NCBI GenBank assembly: GCA_963750185.1
Contig: CAVVPV010000014.1
Coordinates: forward strand, 128,521 to 192,520
Origin: an uncultured Verrucomicrobiae bacterium
GTDB lineage: Bacteria > Verrucomicrobiota > Verrucomicrobiia > Chthoniobacterales > JAFAMB01
DNA length: 64,000 nt
Direction: 5' to 3'
Positions 17,714-26,908 of the stretch are shown one piece after another. The notes under the pieces were generated by a model. The model had not been told where the DNA came from, did no database searches, and saw only the letters and a program-made list of their open reading frames with translations. Made by a program: the position numbers and the translations under genes. The stretch's first letter is position 1; every line of letters starts with the position of its first letter.

Positions 17714-18322
17714 ATGAACCGCTATATTACGTTTCTTGTCATGGGCGCGCCTGGCAGCGGCAAAGGCACACAGGGCAAAGTCCTTGGAAGCGTGCCGAGG
17801 TTTTTTTTCTGTGCCTGCGGCGAAGTCTTTCGTTCGCTCGATCTGCGGACACCGCTGGGGAAGAAATTTGTTGAGTACTCCAGCCAAGGGCTCCTTGTGC
17901 CCGACGACCTGACCGTTGAACTCTGGCGAACTAAAATCGAGGCTCAAGTGCTTGAAGGTGAGTATAAGCCGGATATCGATGCGCTGGTGCTGGATGGTAT
18001 CCCGAGAAATATAAACCAGGCCAAGCTGATGGAATGCTCGATTGACGTGAAACAGGTGTTTCATCTTTCCTGTCCAAAACGCGAGGAACTCGTTCGCCGG
18101 CTCCGCAAACGAGCGATCAAAGAGAATCGCCTGGACGACGCCAACGAAGAAGTGATCCGAAAACGTCTGGCAACGTACGACGCGGAAACAAGGCCGGTCC
18201 TGGAGTATTACACCGGCCGCGTAACCGTCGTCGACGCGCTCCAACCGCCTGTGAAAGTTCTGCAGGATATCGTCACCGTGGTTTGGGACATGCACGACAG
18301 GGTGTTGCCGTTTACCGCTTGA
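17714..18322 (+). CDS. adk: Adenylate kinase
   Basis: MNRYITFLVMGAPGSGKGTQGKVL P-loop, with LID/AMP-binding segments. Start moved to ATG 17714. Confidence 0.85.
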   Translation: MNRYITFLVMGAPGSGKGTQGKVLGSVPRFFFCACGEVFRSLDLRTPLGKKFVEYSSQGLLVPDDLTVELWRTKIEAQVLEGEYKPDIDALVLDGIPRNINQAKLMECSIDVKQVFHLSCPKREELVRRLRKRAIKENRLDDANEEVIRKRLATYDAETRPVLEYYTGRVTVVDALQPPVKVLQDIVTVVWDMHDRVLPFTA

Positions 18323-18375
18323 TCAGGCGACGGTTTCAGTTGTGGCTGGAGTAGTGTTCGGTGACAGGACACGAG

Positions 18376-19326
18376 ATGAAGATCAAGCCTCGCGTCATAT
18401 TCATGGGCAGCGGGGAGATCGGGCTGCCGACGTTGCGGTGGCTGGCCGGTTCTTCCAGAGTGGACCTCGTGGCGGTTGTGACGCAACCCGACAAACCCGT
18501 GGGCCGTGCACAGGTAGTATCGCCGCCGGCTCCAAAGAAGATTGCTATAGAACTGGGCCTGCCTATCCTGCAACCGACCAGGGTCCGCCGCCCGGAAGAA
18601 CTGGATCAAATCGCTGAGCTTGCTCCGGACCTCATAGTCGTCATGGCGTACGGGCAGATCCTGCCGAAACGCCTGCTCGACATGCCAACCCTGGCGTGTC
18701 TCAACCTGCATGCCTCACTGCTGCCCAGGCATCGGGGCGCTGCCCCAATTCAGGCTTCCATTCTGGCAGGGGATCAGGTGACCGGATTGACGGTGATGCA
18801 TATGGCCGAGGGGCTAGACACTGGCGACATTCTTCTGACAAAATCGATCCCGATCCGGCACCGCGAGACCGGCGGCTCGTTGCACGATCGATTGGCGCTG
18901 CTCGGTCCGCTTGCAGTCAGTACGGCGATTGAACAGATTCTCTCCAACAGCGCGCCCAGAATCCCTCAAGACGAATCCGAAGCGACCTACGCTTCAAAAC
19001 TCGACCGCGAATCGGGCAGGATTGATTGGACAAAAGACTGCTGGTATTACGACCGGCTCATTCGCGCAATGAACCCGTGGCCCGGCGCATACACGCTGGT
19101 CAAAGATTCACATACCGTTGCCAAAAAACTCAAAATCCACCGTGCGGTCCCGGTCCACCGGTTGTCCGGAGAACCCGGGCGAATTACCGCAGTGAGAAAC
19201 CGCGGAATCGAAGTCGCCTGCGGGCGGGGAGGTCTCTTGCTCCTGGATGTTCAGCTCGAAGGCAAACGCGCGATGTCCGCGGCCGAATTTCAGCGCGGGT
19301 TTCATCTTCCGTCAGGGTTTCACTAG
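18376..19326 (+). CDS. fmt: Methionyl-tRNA formyltransferase
   Basis: RVIFMGSGEIGLPTL..., NLHASLLPRHRGAAPIQ (formyltransferase HxSLLPxxRG), and a C-terminal Fmt domain. Confidence 0.9.
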   Translation: MKIKPRVIFMGSGEIGLPTLRWLAGSSRVDLVAVVTQPDKPVGRAQVVSPPAPKKIAIELGLPILQPTRVRRPEELDQIAELAPDLIVVMAYGQILPKRLLDMPTLACLNLHASLLPRHRGAAPIQASILAGDQVTGLTVMHMAEGLDTGDILLTKSIPIRHRETGGSLHDRLALLGPLAVSTAIEQILSNSAPRIPQDESEATYASKLDRESGRIDWTKDCWYYDRLIRAMNPWPGAYTLVKDSHTVAKKLKIHRAVPVHRLSGEPGRITAVRNRGIEVACGRGGLLLLDVQLEGKRAMSAAEFQRGFHLPSGFH

Positions 19327-19333
19327 GGCTCGA

Positions 19334-20236
19334 TTAGCGTTGTGGTTCAGGCGGATGTTCGGCTTGTTCGATGGCGCGGGTCAGGGAAACGGAGACGGTT
19401 TGCCCGATGCGGAGTTCGACCGGCGGAACTCCGACCGGTTCGATGCGGACAGGGAACCGCTGCGGGAGACGAACCCAGTCGACTGTTTGGCTGATCTCGG
19501 GTAACAATCCGGTCGAGTCGCTGCCGGACCCGTCTTGAACATAGATACCCCACCCGACGCTTCGAACTATGCCTTGGAATGGTCTATTGTACCCCATCAG
19601 ATTGAGGTCGGCTTCCTGCCCGATCCGGATATGCGGCAGTTGCGTCTCCTTGAAATACGCGGCGATCCAGAATGAACTGGTGTCCACCAGAGCCAGCAAT
19701 TGCTTACCGGCAGTCACATACGTGCCGTCGCTCGTGTTCCAGTTGGTCACGTACCCATTCACGGGCGCAAAAACTTTGGTGTAGCCGAGATTCAAACGCG
19801 CGAGGTCCAAATTTGCTTTTGCAGAGACCAGCTGCGCCTGAGCGGCGGCAAAATTATCCTGGGCATTCTGAAAATCCTGTTGGGCGACCACGTGAGTCTT
19901 ATAGAGGGCGGTTTGCCGGTCGAGATCCTGCTGCCGCTGTTTCAGGTTCGCTTCCGCGTCCAGAACCTGCCCTGAGGCGATGTTCAGTTGAGCCGTAAAA
20001 TCAGTCGGATCGATTTCAAACAATAGATCGCCGATCTTCACTTGCTGGTTATCGATTACGGCAACGCGAACGATCGGACCGGAAACGCGCGGCGCGATCC
20101 CGACGATATTGGCGCGGACTTGCGAATCGCGTGTCCAGGGATAGTTCGTGTATCGCTCATAAAGCTGCCAACCGGCCCAGGCGGCCAGACCAACGAGAAT
20201 AATCGTTACCAGGTAATTGAATATTCGGGCCTTCAT
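19334..20236 (-). CDS. HlyD-family efflux adaptor (AaeA/EmrA-like)
   Basis: Single N-terminal TM, VRANIVGIAPRVSGPIVRVAVIDNQQVKIGDLLFEIDP barrel-sandwich motif, and a coiled-coil segment. Confidence 0.85.
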   Translation of the reverse strand: MKARIFNYLVTIILVGLAAWAGWQLYERYTNYPWTRDSQVRANIVGIAPRVSGPIVRVAVIDNQQVKIGDLLFEIDPTDFTAQLNIASGQVLDAEANLKQRQQDLDRQTALYKTHVVAQQDFQNAQDNFAAAQAQLVSAKANLDLARLNLGYTKVFAPVNGYVTNWNTSDGTYVTAGKQLLALVDTSSFWIAAYFKETQLPHIRIGQEADLNLMGYNRPFQGIVRSVGWGIYVQDGSGSDSTGLLPEISQTVDWVRLPQRFPVRIEPVGVPPVELRIGQTVSVSLTRAIEQAEHPPEPQR

Positions 20237-20541
20237 GGAAAGAGAATGAAACCGAAGATGCTGGTCAATAAAACCACCAGCGCCACGAAAAAAAGGGGGA
20301 GATGCCAGATATGGCGCGACAAACCGGTTCGTTCCAGGATCGTCGTCAACAGCCAGGCCGCAAGAAATCCTGCCAGCGATACGACAAAAATCCAGGGAAA
20401 ATACAGGCCGAGGAATCGGAATTCCGGTCGGTTTCCCTCTCGGAAAACACTCAATAAGTCGGACACACCCAGGAAACTATCAGAAACAGTTCCGAGCGAC
20501 AACGGTGAGGTCGGTCGAACATTGACGCTGATTCGCGGCAC
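20233..20541 (-). CDS. DUF1656 (AaeX-like) small membrane protein
   Basis: FLGLYFPWIFVVSLAGFLAAWLLTTILERTGLSRHIWHLPLFFVALVVLL. The ORF overlaps the adaptor gene by 4 nt. The real start is probably internal (~20460). Confidence 0.6.
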   Translation of the reverse strand: MPRISVNVRPTSPLSLGTVSDSFLGVSDLLSVFREGNRPEFRFLGLYFPWIFVVSLAGFLAAWLLTTILERTGLSRHIWHLPLFFVALVVLLTSIFGFILFP

Positions 20542-20561
20542 CCGGTAGTGTCAAGCTGGGT

Positions 20562-22808
20562 ATGATCGCTCCCACCGAAGCAAGCCGGGCCTCGACCAGA
20601 TTCGAATGGCCGCTCGAAGGCCTGTTCCGCGACCTGAGAGTCCGTTACGGTATCAAAATGGCGCTTGCCGGAATGCTAGGGCTTTTTTGGGCGTTGGTCC
20701 TCCGGCTGGAACATCCTAACTGGGCGGTCCTGACGGTGGCGGTGATGATGAACTCCCAGCACGTCGGTGCAATCAGCATCAAGGCGTTCATGCGCGTCGC
20801 AGGGACGATCATAGGCGCGACGTTGGGAGTCTGGTTGATCGGCTCTTATGACACGGCGCCGGTCATCGTATTGACGGGCATTTTCGTTGTCGTGGGGATC
20901 GCTGCCTACAAATTTGGCCAATATCCGGCAAGTCAGACCCCGTACAGCTATTTCCTCGTCGGATTGACTCTGCTCAGCGTTTCGACCTATGGAGTGCCCG
21001 GCCCGGATCAAATCTGGGAAACTGCCCTGAACCGGTCATTGGAAAACATAGTGGGCGCATTCAGTGCCTTGGCCGTCACAACGCTTGTATGGCCGCGATA
21101 CGCACGGGAAGAATTTTTTGAGGCGGGGCGATCCGCACTCGAGACAGTCGGAAAACTTCTTTCCCTGGAGACGGATGCTTATATCCACCAGCGTGAAGGC
21201 CCTGCGGGAGCCGATGAGATTCGCGCAAGGTTCACGTCCCAACTCTCCGCGGTACGGAACCTGTTGCAGGTTGGCGCGCGAGAGAGCACCTATTTTCGGG
21301 CGCGCATCGCAAACTACAACGCGTTTGTGGTCTCATTGACGGATCTGTTCCAGTCTGCTTCCGATCTGGAACGGAGGCGTCAGAACGAATTGCCGATCCT
21401 TGAGCGTTTGCGAGCCGAAGTAGAAGCATTGAATGCCGCGATTGCAGAAGAATTCGCGATTCTGACACGCGTGCGGTTCGGCCACGAGAAGCTGCCATCC
21501 AACCCGGTAAAGGAACGACTCGAGGCGCTGGAGGCAAAAATCATTTTGCTCAGGAGCGGCCCTGAGGAGTTGCTTCGTTCGTTGCCGCTGGAGGTAGGGG
21601 GCGCGTTTCTGGCTCACTACGGCGCGATACGCAGAGCGTGCGACAATCTGGCAACTGTTCGCGATGCAATGGCGGGCTTGCCGAGACATACACAGCCTTT
21701 GCCGGAGCACAAGGTGATTTGGGATCATCTGCCCACCATTGATTGGTTCTGGGTCAAGAACGGGATCAAAGGGGGCATTGCCACGGTTATCGGCGTGGTA
21801 CTGATTCAATCGTACAATCCGCCGGGACCCGCGATCATCCCAGTCGCTGCGTGGACATTGACGATTTTCAGCCGCCCATTCTTGCGCGCCGGCGGATTTG
21901 GGGATCTGGGAATATTCCAACGCACATTCTGGGCGTCGCTCTGGTGTATCGCGGTTGTGATTCTCCTTCTTTTGGTCGTGCCCTTCTTGGCGGACTACGC
22001 CGCCATGAACGCCGCTTTGGCTGCGATCCTGTTTGCGTTGGGTTTTTTCACCGCCAGAATGGCCGGACCGGGATTCTGGTCACAACTGGTGATATTGGGA
22101 GTCAGCGTCTTTGTCGGGCTGAACGCTCAAGTACCGGTTGCATCGACCACGATTATCAACTCTTTCCTGGGGTTCGTAACCGGGATGCTCATTTCCGCGG
22201 TTGTTGGAAGATTAATTTGGCCGGTCCTCCCGCAAGAGGTGTTCAGAGGAGATCTTTTAAAGTTTTACGAACAGCTAAAGGCATTGCTTAATCGCGATCG
22301 GCATCAGGAGAAAATCCGGACGCAGCTGGCCATTCTTCCGGTCGAGACGCAACAGGCATCCCGCCAGATTCGAATCCCGGATTTTTCCAAAGCAGAGAGA
22401 ATGAAAGTCGACCATCTTATCAAAGTTTCCCAGGCGTCGGTGATGCAGTGTACGGCGCTGATCGCAAACTCTTGCGCGTTGCCGGAATCGATCGAGGCTC
22501 GTCTGCGTCCGGATTTGACCCGCCTTGAGACTGGGTTTGGTGACATGTTGGACACGTTTGTGGAGTGCTTTCGGAAAGGCGATTGCCGGCGACCTTTTCC
22601 GAGTCTGCGGGAAACCGTGGCCGCGTTGAATGCGACCATGGGGACAGCGCGTGAAAGCGGATTGCTCAATCAACTGAACCTGGATGAAATCAGGCAGCTA
22701 CTGGAGGTCACAAACCGGTACCAATCGATGGCGGAAGCATTGGAAGAGTGCAGTGGCGTCATGCAGACGCTGAAGCTGCATCGATACACGGGCGACTGCG
22801 CGTTGTGA
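20562..22808 (+). CDS. FUSC-family efflux protein (AaeB / fusaric acid resistance-like)
   Basis: 748 aa with two multi-TM blocks separated by a long cytoplasmic helical region. N-terminal LEHPNWAVLTVAVMMNSQHVGAISIKAFMRVAGTIIGA is the FUSC signature. Confidence 0.8.
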   Translation: MIAPTEASRASTRFEWPLEGLFRDLRVRYGIKMALAGMLGLFWALVLRLEHPNWAVLTVAVMMNSQHVGAISIKAFMRVAGTIIGATLGVWLIGSYDTAPVIVLTGIFVVVGIAAYKFGQYPASQTPYSYFLVGLTLLSVSTYGVPGPDQIWETALNRSLENIVGAFSALAVTTLVWPRYAREEFFEAGRSALETVGKLLSLETDAYIHQREGPAGADEIRARFTSQLSAVRNLLQVGARESTYFRARIANYNAFVVSLTDLFQSASDLERRRQNELPILERLRAEVEALNAAIAEEFAILTRVRFGHEKLPSNPVKERLEALEAKIILLRSGPEELLRSLPLEVGGAFLAHYGAIRRACDNLATVRDAMAGLPRHTQPLPEHKVIWDHLPTIDWFWVKNGIKGGIATVIGVVLIQSYNPPGPAIIPVAAWTLTIFSRPFLRAGGFGDLGIFQRTFWASLWCIAVVILLLLVVPFLADYAAMNAALAAILFALGFFTARMAGPGFWSQLVILGVSVFVGLNAQVPVASTTIINSFLGFVTGMLISAVVGRLIWPVLPQEVFRGDLLKFYEQLKALLNRDRHQEKIRTQLAILPVETQQASRQIRIPDFSKAERMKVDHLIKVSQASVMQCTALIANSCALPESIEARLRPDLTRLETGFGDMLDTFVECFRKGDCRRPFPSLRETVAALNATMGTARESGLLNQLNLDEIRQLLEVTNRYQSMAEALEECSGVMQTLKLHRYTGDCAL

Positions 22809-22818
22809 GGAATCCTGG

Positions 22819-24183
22819 CTACTCCGGTAGATGAAGTTCTTTCAGCCGCCTGTGCAACGTCCGCCGGCTGATTCCGAGCTTTTTTGCGGCTTCTGTGCGG
22901 TTTCCGCCGGTTTCTTCCAGCGCACGCATTATCAGACGGATCTCGTTATCGTGGATATTGACCAGATCCTGATCCGCCGATCCGTGAGCAAGGCTCACCC
23001 CGGAAACGCCGCGGACGGTCATGGGGAGATCGTGGACGGTAACCTGATTTCCTGTGGCAAGAGTTACGCCTGAATCGATGGCGCCTTTCAGTTCCCGGAC
23101 ATTGCCGGGCCAGTCGTAACGCAGAAGGGCGTCCATTGCATCCGGTGACAATGGACGGAACGCTTTGCCGTCTCGTTCGGAAATTTCTTTCAGAAACGAA
23201 TTCGCCAGCAGCGGGATATCTTCTTTCCGCTCACGGAGAGGGGGAACGCGGATCTGAACGACGTTCAGACGGTAATAGAGATCTTCGCGGAATTTTCCGT
23301 CGCGCACCAGGGAAGCAAGATCCCGATTTGTTGCCGCCACCAAACGGACGTCTGCGTGGATGCTTTGGCTCCCGCCAACCCGCTCGAAAATGCCGGGATC
23401 TAGCGCCCGCAGCAGCTTGACCTGAATATTCGAATCGATCTCGCCGATCTCGTCAAGGAACAGCGTGCCGCCAGCGGCTTGCTCAAACCGGCCAATCCGA
23501 CGTTCCATTGCGCCGGTGAACGAGCCGCGCTCGTGACCGAAGAGCTCGCTTTCAATGAGTTGCGGGGAAAACGCCGCGCAGTTGAACGCAATGAATCGCG
23601 TCTTGTTGCGGTTGCTGAGGTTATGAATCGCGTGGGCGATCAATTCTTTGCCGGTGCCGCTTTCGCCCGCAATGAGAACGGTGGCGCGACTCGGTGCAAC
23701 CTGACGGACGACATCGAAAATTTCGTGCATCGCCCGCGATTCACCGACGAGGCTTTCAAGACCGAACCGTTTGTCGACCTGTACGCGGAGCTGCAGGTTC
23801 TCTTGTTCCGTCCTGCGCCCGTTGATCGCGCGCGTAATTTTGAGGCCGAGCTCATCAATGTTCACAGGCTTGGTCACAAAATCGAACGCGCCCCGTTTCA
23901 TTCCTTCTACGGCAGTCGCGATCGACCCGTACGCAGTCATCAACATGCAGATCGGCGGACGCGGACGCTGCAGGATTTTTTCGATGAGCGCCATCCCGTC
24001 ATCCGCGCCTAGACGCAAATCGGTCAAGACGAGATCGATTTGGTCCGCAGAAAGGACGTTTAGCGCTTCATCTGCGTTGCCAGCGGTATAGATATCGAAA
24101 TCGTCTTCGAGCGAATGCCGAAGCCCTTCTCTCGTATGCTTTTCGTCATCGACGATCAGGATCGTGCCTCGCATGCGCTTCAA
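22819..24183 (-). CDS. Sigma-54-dependent response regulator (NtrC/AtoC family)
   Basis: Receiver domain ([14 protein letters not shown]...[10 protein letters not shown]), AAA+ sigma-54 activator ([21 protein letters not shown]-like GSFTGA), and a C-terminal Fis HTH ([24 protein letters not shown]). Confidence 0.9.
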   Translation of the reverse strand: MKRMRGTILIVDDEKHTREGLRHSLEDDFDIYTAGNADEALNVLSADQIDLVLTDLRLGADDGMALIEKILQRPRPPICMLMTAYGSIATAVEGMKRGAFDFVTKPVNIDELGLKITRAINGRRTEQENLQLRVQVDKRFGLESLVGESRAMHEIFDVVRQVAPSRATVLIAGESGTGKELIAHAIHNLSNRNKTRFIAFNCAAFSPQLIESELFGHERGSFTGAMERRIGRFEQAAGGTLFLDEIGEIDSNIQVKLLRALDPGIFERVGGSQSIHADVRLVAATNRDLASLVRDGKFREDLYYRLNVVQIRVPPLRERKEDIPLLANSFLKEISERDGKAFRPLSPDAMDALLRYDWPGNVRELKGAIDSGVTLATGNQVTVHDLPMTVRGVSGVSLAHGSADQDLVNIHDNEIRLIMRALEETGGNRTEAAKKLGISRRTLHRRLKELHLPE

Positions 24184-25370
24184 ATTTCTGACTGGTCTTG
24201 CAGCAATCGAACGCGCTTGTCGCCTACCGGGAGATGGATAGTCACGCGCACTCCCTTGCCCTCGTTACTCTCGATTTCAATTTCGCCGCCATGTTCCCGT
24301 ACGATACGCCGAACGATCAGCAGGCCCAGACCTGAGCCGGAAGACTTGGTTGTGACATAGGGCTGAAACAGTTTGCTCATCTGTTCCTGCGAAATTCCGC
24401 CACCAGTATCGTTGAACGCGACGGAGACATAGAATTCGTCCTGCCAGGTCCGAACATGTAAAATTCCCCCGGTTTTCATGGCCTGAAACGCGTTCTTGAT
24501 CACGTTATAAAAGGCCTGCTTTATTTGGTCGCGGTCAAGTTGGAGTTTCGGCAGACTCGGATCGAGGTCCATCTCGACAATAATATCGCGATCGCGAATT
24601 TCGGGACGCAAAAACGCGACGGATTCTTCGAGCACTTCGTTCAGGTTGTGCGCCTCGAATTGCGGCGTCGTAGGCCGAATGGCGCGTAAGAACTGGTTGA
24701 CAATTGAATCGAGGCGCTGGATTTCGCTCTTGGCGATCGAGATCAGTTTGCCAATGTCGCTCCGCAGTTCTGCGGGCGCTTTTCGAAGGCGGCGTTCGAC
24801 GAGTTGAAGATGAATATTCAGCGAATTAAGCGGGTTTCCGATTTCGTGAGCCACTCCCGCGGCGAGCAGCGTCAGAGCCGAGAGCCGTTCGCTCTCGATT
24901 GTCTGCTCAGCCATCCTGCGATCCTCTGTTATGTCACGCAGTATGATTGCGTAGCCGACAAGATCCTGAGGCGCTGCCTTGTTTTCTGCCTCTTCTTCGT
25001 GGAGATGCAGCGGCGCGACGTAAAAATTCAGGAACCTGTGTTGCGGATAGAAGACTTCGATATCACGGTTCAACGAGATTTCGTTGGACTGCAGAGCAAT
25101 CCAATCGAGACCCTGAAGTTTTTCTGTTAGCGGCTGGCCAACGGCTTCATCGATCTCAACGCCAAAAAGATGGGCAGCGGCTGCATTGATAAATTGGATC
25201 TTGCCCTGGGTATCCGTGACGATGACCCCTTCCTGCAGCGCATCGAATATTCGCTCCAGAAATCCCTTTTCTCGTGCAAGACGGACGAGGTAGTTCTGAA
25301 CCTCCTCCGGCTGAACCCGCCGGATTCTTTCGATCAATTTATCGATGAAACCTGATCTCATTTGAGACAA
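24180..25370 (-). CDS. Cytoplasmic PAS sensor histidine kinase (NtrB/AtoS-like)
   Basis: PAS (LQEGVIVTDTQGKIQFINAAAAHLFG), H-box AAGVAHEIGNPLN, and N/G boxes (NVIKNAFQAM, DTGGGI, GSGLGL). It overlaps the regulator gene by 4 nt. Confidence 0.9.
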   Translation of the reverse strand: MSQMRSGFIDKLIERIRRVQPEEVQNYLVRLAREKGFLERIFDALQEGVIVTDTQGKIQFINAAAAHLFGVEIDEAVGQPLTEKLQGLDWIALQSNEISLNRDIEVFYPQHRFLNFYVAPLHLHEEEAENKAAPQDLVGYAIILRDITEDRRMAEQTIESERLSALTLLAAGVAHEIGNPLNSLNIHLQLVERRLRKAPAELRSDIGKLISIAKSEIQRLDSIVNQFLRAIRPTTPQFEAHNLNEVLEESVAFLRPEIRDRDIIVEMDLDPSLPKLQLDRDQIKQAFYNVIKNAFQAMKTGGILHVRTWQDEFYVSVAFNDTGGGISQEQMSKLFQPYVTTKSSGSGLGLLIVRRIVREHGGEIEIESNEGKGVRVTIHLPVGDKRVRLLQDQSEI

Positions 25371-25444
25371 ATGGTCTTAGCCATGTCGAATTACCTGTAA
25401 GGCGAATCCGAGGAATCTCAAGGATCGTGGAAGGGCCGTTGTCG

Positions 25445-25652
25445 TCAGAAATTAGGAGTCAGAAATCAGAAATCAGAAATCAGGAGTCAGAAGTCAGGAG
25501 TTACAGAATCGATTCGCGGATTTCCACCAGGTCGATGGTTACAAGTTGTCACCATTACCCCTCGACTATAGACGTGAATCCTAATTTTGCCGCGTCCGGC
25601 GACTTTCCATTCTGCAACTCCTGACTCCTGACTCCTGATTTCTGATTTCTGG
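25445..25652. repeat. Heptamer (TCAGRAR) arrays forming a long inverted repeat
   Basis: Eight tandem heptamers lie at 25445-25500 and five reverse-complement heptamers (CTCCTGA x3, TTTCTGA, TTTCTGG) at 25618-25652. Positions 25467-25502 pair with 25616-25651 (36 bp, 1 mismatch) around a 113-nt loop. Confidence 0.9.
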
Positions 25653-25655
25653 CAC

Positions 25656-25671
25656 GGGCCACGAGTTTGCC
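25656..25671 (+). promoter_or_regulatory. Candidate sigma-54 (-24/-12) promoter for exbB-exbD-tonB
   Basis: GGGCCACGAGTTTGCC has GG-N10-GC spacing and a TTGC -12 element. It lies ~35 nt upstream of the exbB start, next to a divergent sigma-54 activator operon. The -24 half is imperfect. Confidence 0.35.
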
Positions 25672-25703
25672 TTTGCGGTTTCACGTATTAGACATACTAT
25701 CCT

Positions 25704-26468
25704 TTGCTGGTGTTGACATTTCTGCTAGCAGCTCAGTCCGGGGGCTTGGTGTACGCTTTCACGCAAGCGACATTTGAGGGAAAACTGGTCCTCACGACTC
25801 TCTTTATCGCGTCGATTTTCAGCTGGTCGGTGATGGTCACCAAAATTCGCGTGGTCCGACTGGCCAGAACCCAAAATGACCGGTTTCTGGAGCTGTTCCG
25901 TTCGGATCGGCAACCGCTGAAGATATTCGAATCCCAGCTACGCTTTGACGGTTCGCCGCTGTTCTCGATTTATCGGGCCGGGTGCAATGAACTAGCATTT
26001 CACCTGCTCGGGTCGACGGAAGCTGACGACACTTTTTGGGCGCGTTTGGAGATCGCGGAGCGAATCACGCCTTCCCAGATGCGCGTGGTAACCACCGCGA
26101 TGGAACGAGCGGTCGGCGAATCGGCTTTGCGATTGGAATCCCAGATGATTTTGTTAGCAACCGCTGTCAGTGGCGCTCCGTTTCTTGGGCTGCTCGGAAC
26201 GGTCTGGGGGGTCATGGACACGTTCTCCGGCGTTGCTCTCGCCGGTTCTGCCAACCTGCAGGCGATGGCTCCCGGTGTTTCGGGCGCTTTGATTAACACG
26301 GTGACAGGGTTGTTGGTCGCGATCCCGGCGATGTTCGGATACAATTTCCTTGTTACGAGCATCCGGTCCCTCATCGTTCAGAACGACAATTTCGCCGCAG
26401 AACTATCGTCGGAATTCGAACACAAGTACGTTAATCATTCGACTCGTCCCGTTCTCGTGAACAAGTAG
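25704..26468 (+). CDS. exbB: MotA/TolQ/ExbB proton-channel protein
   Basis: Three TM helices and the signature APFLGLLGTVWGVMDTF. TTG start as in the ORF track. Confidence 0.85.
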   Translation: MLVLTFLLAAQSGGLVYAFTQATFEGKLVLTTLFIASIFSWSVMVTKIRVVRLARTQNDRFLELFRSDRQPLKIFESQLRFDGSPLFSIYRAGCNELAFHLLGSTEADDTFWARLEIAERITPSQMRVVTTAMERAVGESALRLESQMILLATAVSGAPFLGLLGTVWGVMDTFSGVALAGSANLQAMAPGVSGALINTVTGLLVAIPAMFGYNFLVTSIRSLIVQNDNFAAELSSEFEHKYVNHSTRPVLVNK

Positions 26469-26488
26469 CTGAATAATCCGCTCGATTT

Positions 26489-26905
26489 ATGCGTCGTTTC
26501 TCAGACCGGCACTCAATGCACACGCTCACGGAGATCAACGTTACTCCGCTGCTCGACCTCGCATTCGTGCTGCTGGTGATATTCATCATCACAACGCCCC
26601 TCATGGAGAATAGCGTTAATCTCGTTGTGCCGAGCAGTTCGGAAGCGACACAGGCAGTCGACAAATCCCAGGTGCAGACCATTTCAATCGATAAGGACGA
26701 CGTTATGAAACTCAACGAGGAGGTCGTCGATGCCGCCGCGCTGGAGTCGCGACTGGTGGCATTGCGCGAGGAAAAGCCGGATGTGGCGATTGTTGTGCGA
26801 CCGCACAAGGAACTCCCGATCCAGAAGTTTATCGACGTGATGGATATCCTCCAACGCGCCAGAATTTCCAAGGTCGGCGTTTTGACGCGTCCGGACCAGC
26901 CGTAG
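26489..26905 (+). CDS. exbD: ExbD/TolR biopolymer transport protein
   Basis: INVTPLLDLAFVLLVIFIITTP is the ExbD N-terminal TM signature. 138 aa. Confidence 0.85.
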   Translation: MRRFSDRHSMHTLTEINVTPLLDLAFVLLVIFIITTPLMENSVNLVVPSSSEATQAVDKSQVQTISIDKDDVMKLNEEVVDAAALESRLVALREEKPDVAIVVRPHKELPIQKFIDVMDILQRARISKVGVLTRPDQP

Positions 26906-26908
26906 GGA

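Noticed and set aside
17447-18295. 282-aa ORF on the minus strand
   Set aside because: It lies entirely antisense to the well-supported adk gene. The sequence is Arg/His-rich with no recognisable motif, so it is a typical shadow ORF in GC-rich DNA.
19334-22808. AaeX/AaeA genes divergent from the FUSC (AaeB-like) gene as something unusual
   Set aside because: All three components of a known efflux type are present and intact. Divergent rather than collinear arrangement alone is not remarkable.
25445-25652. Possible CRISPR array (also considered for 49330-49439)
   Set aside because: The repeats are 7 bp or directly abutting 37-bp units with no unique spacers, and no cas genes are in the window.
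25650-25655. Exact TGGCAC hexamer as the sigma-54 -24 element
   Set aside because: The nearest downstream GC of a TTGC box would be 16 nt from this GG instead of 10. Only the overlapping GG at 25657-25658 gives correct spacing, and that alternative is reported at low confidence.
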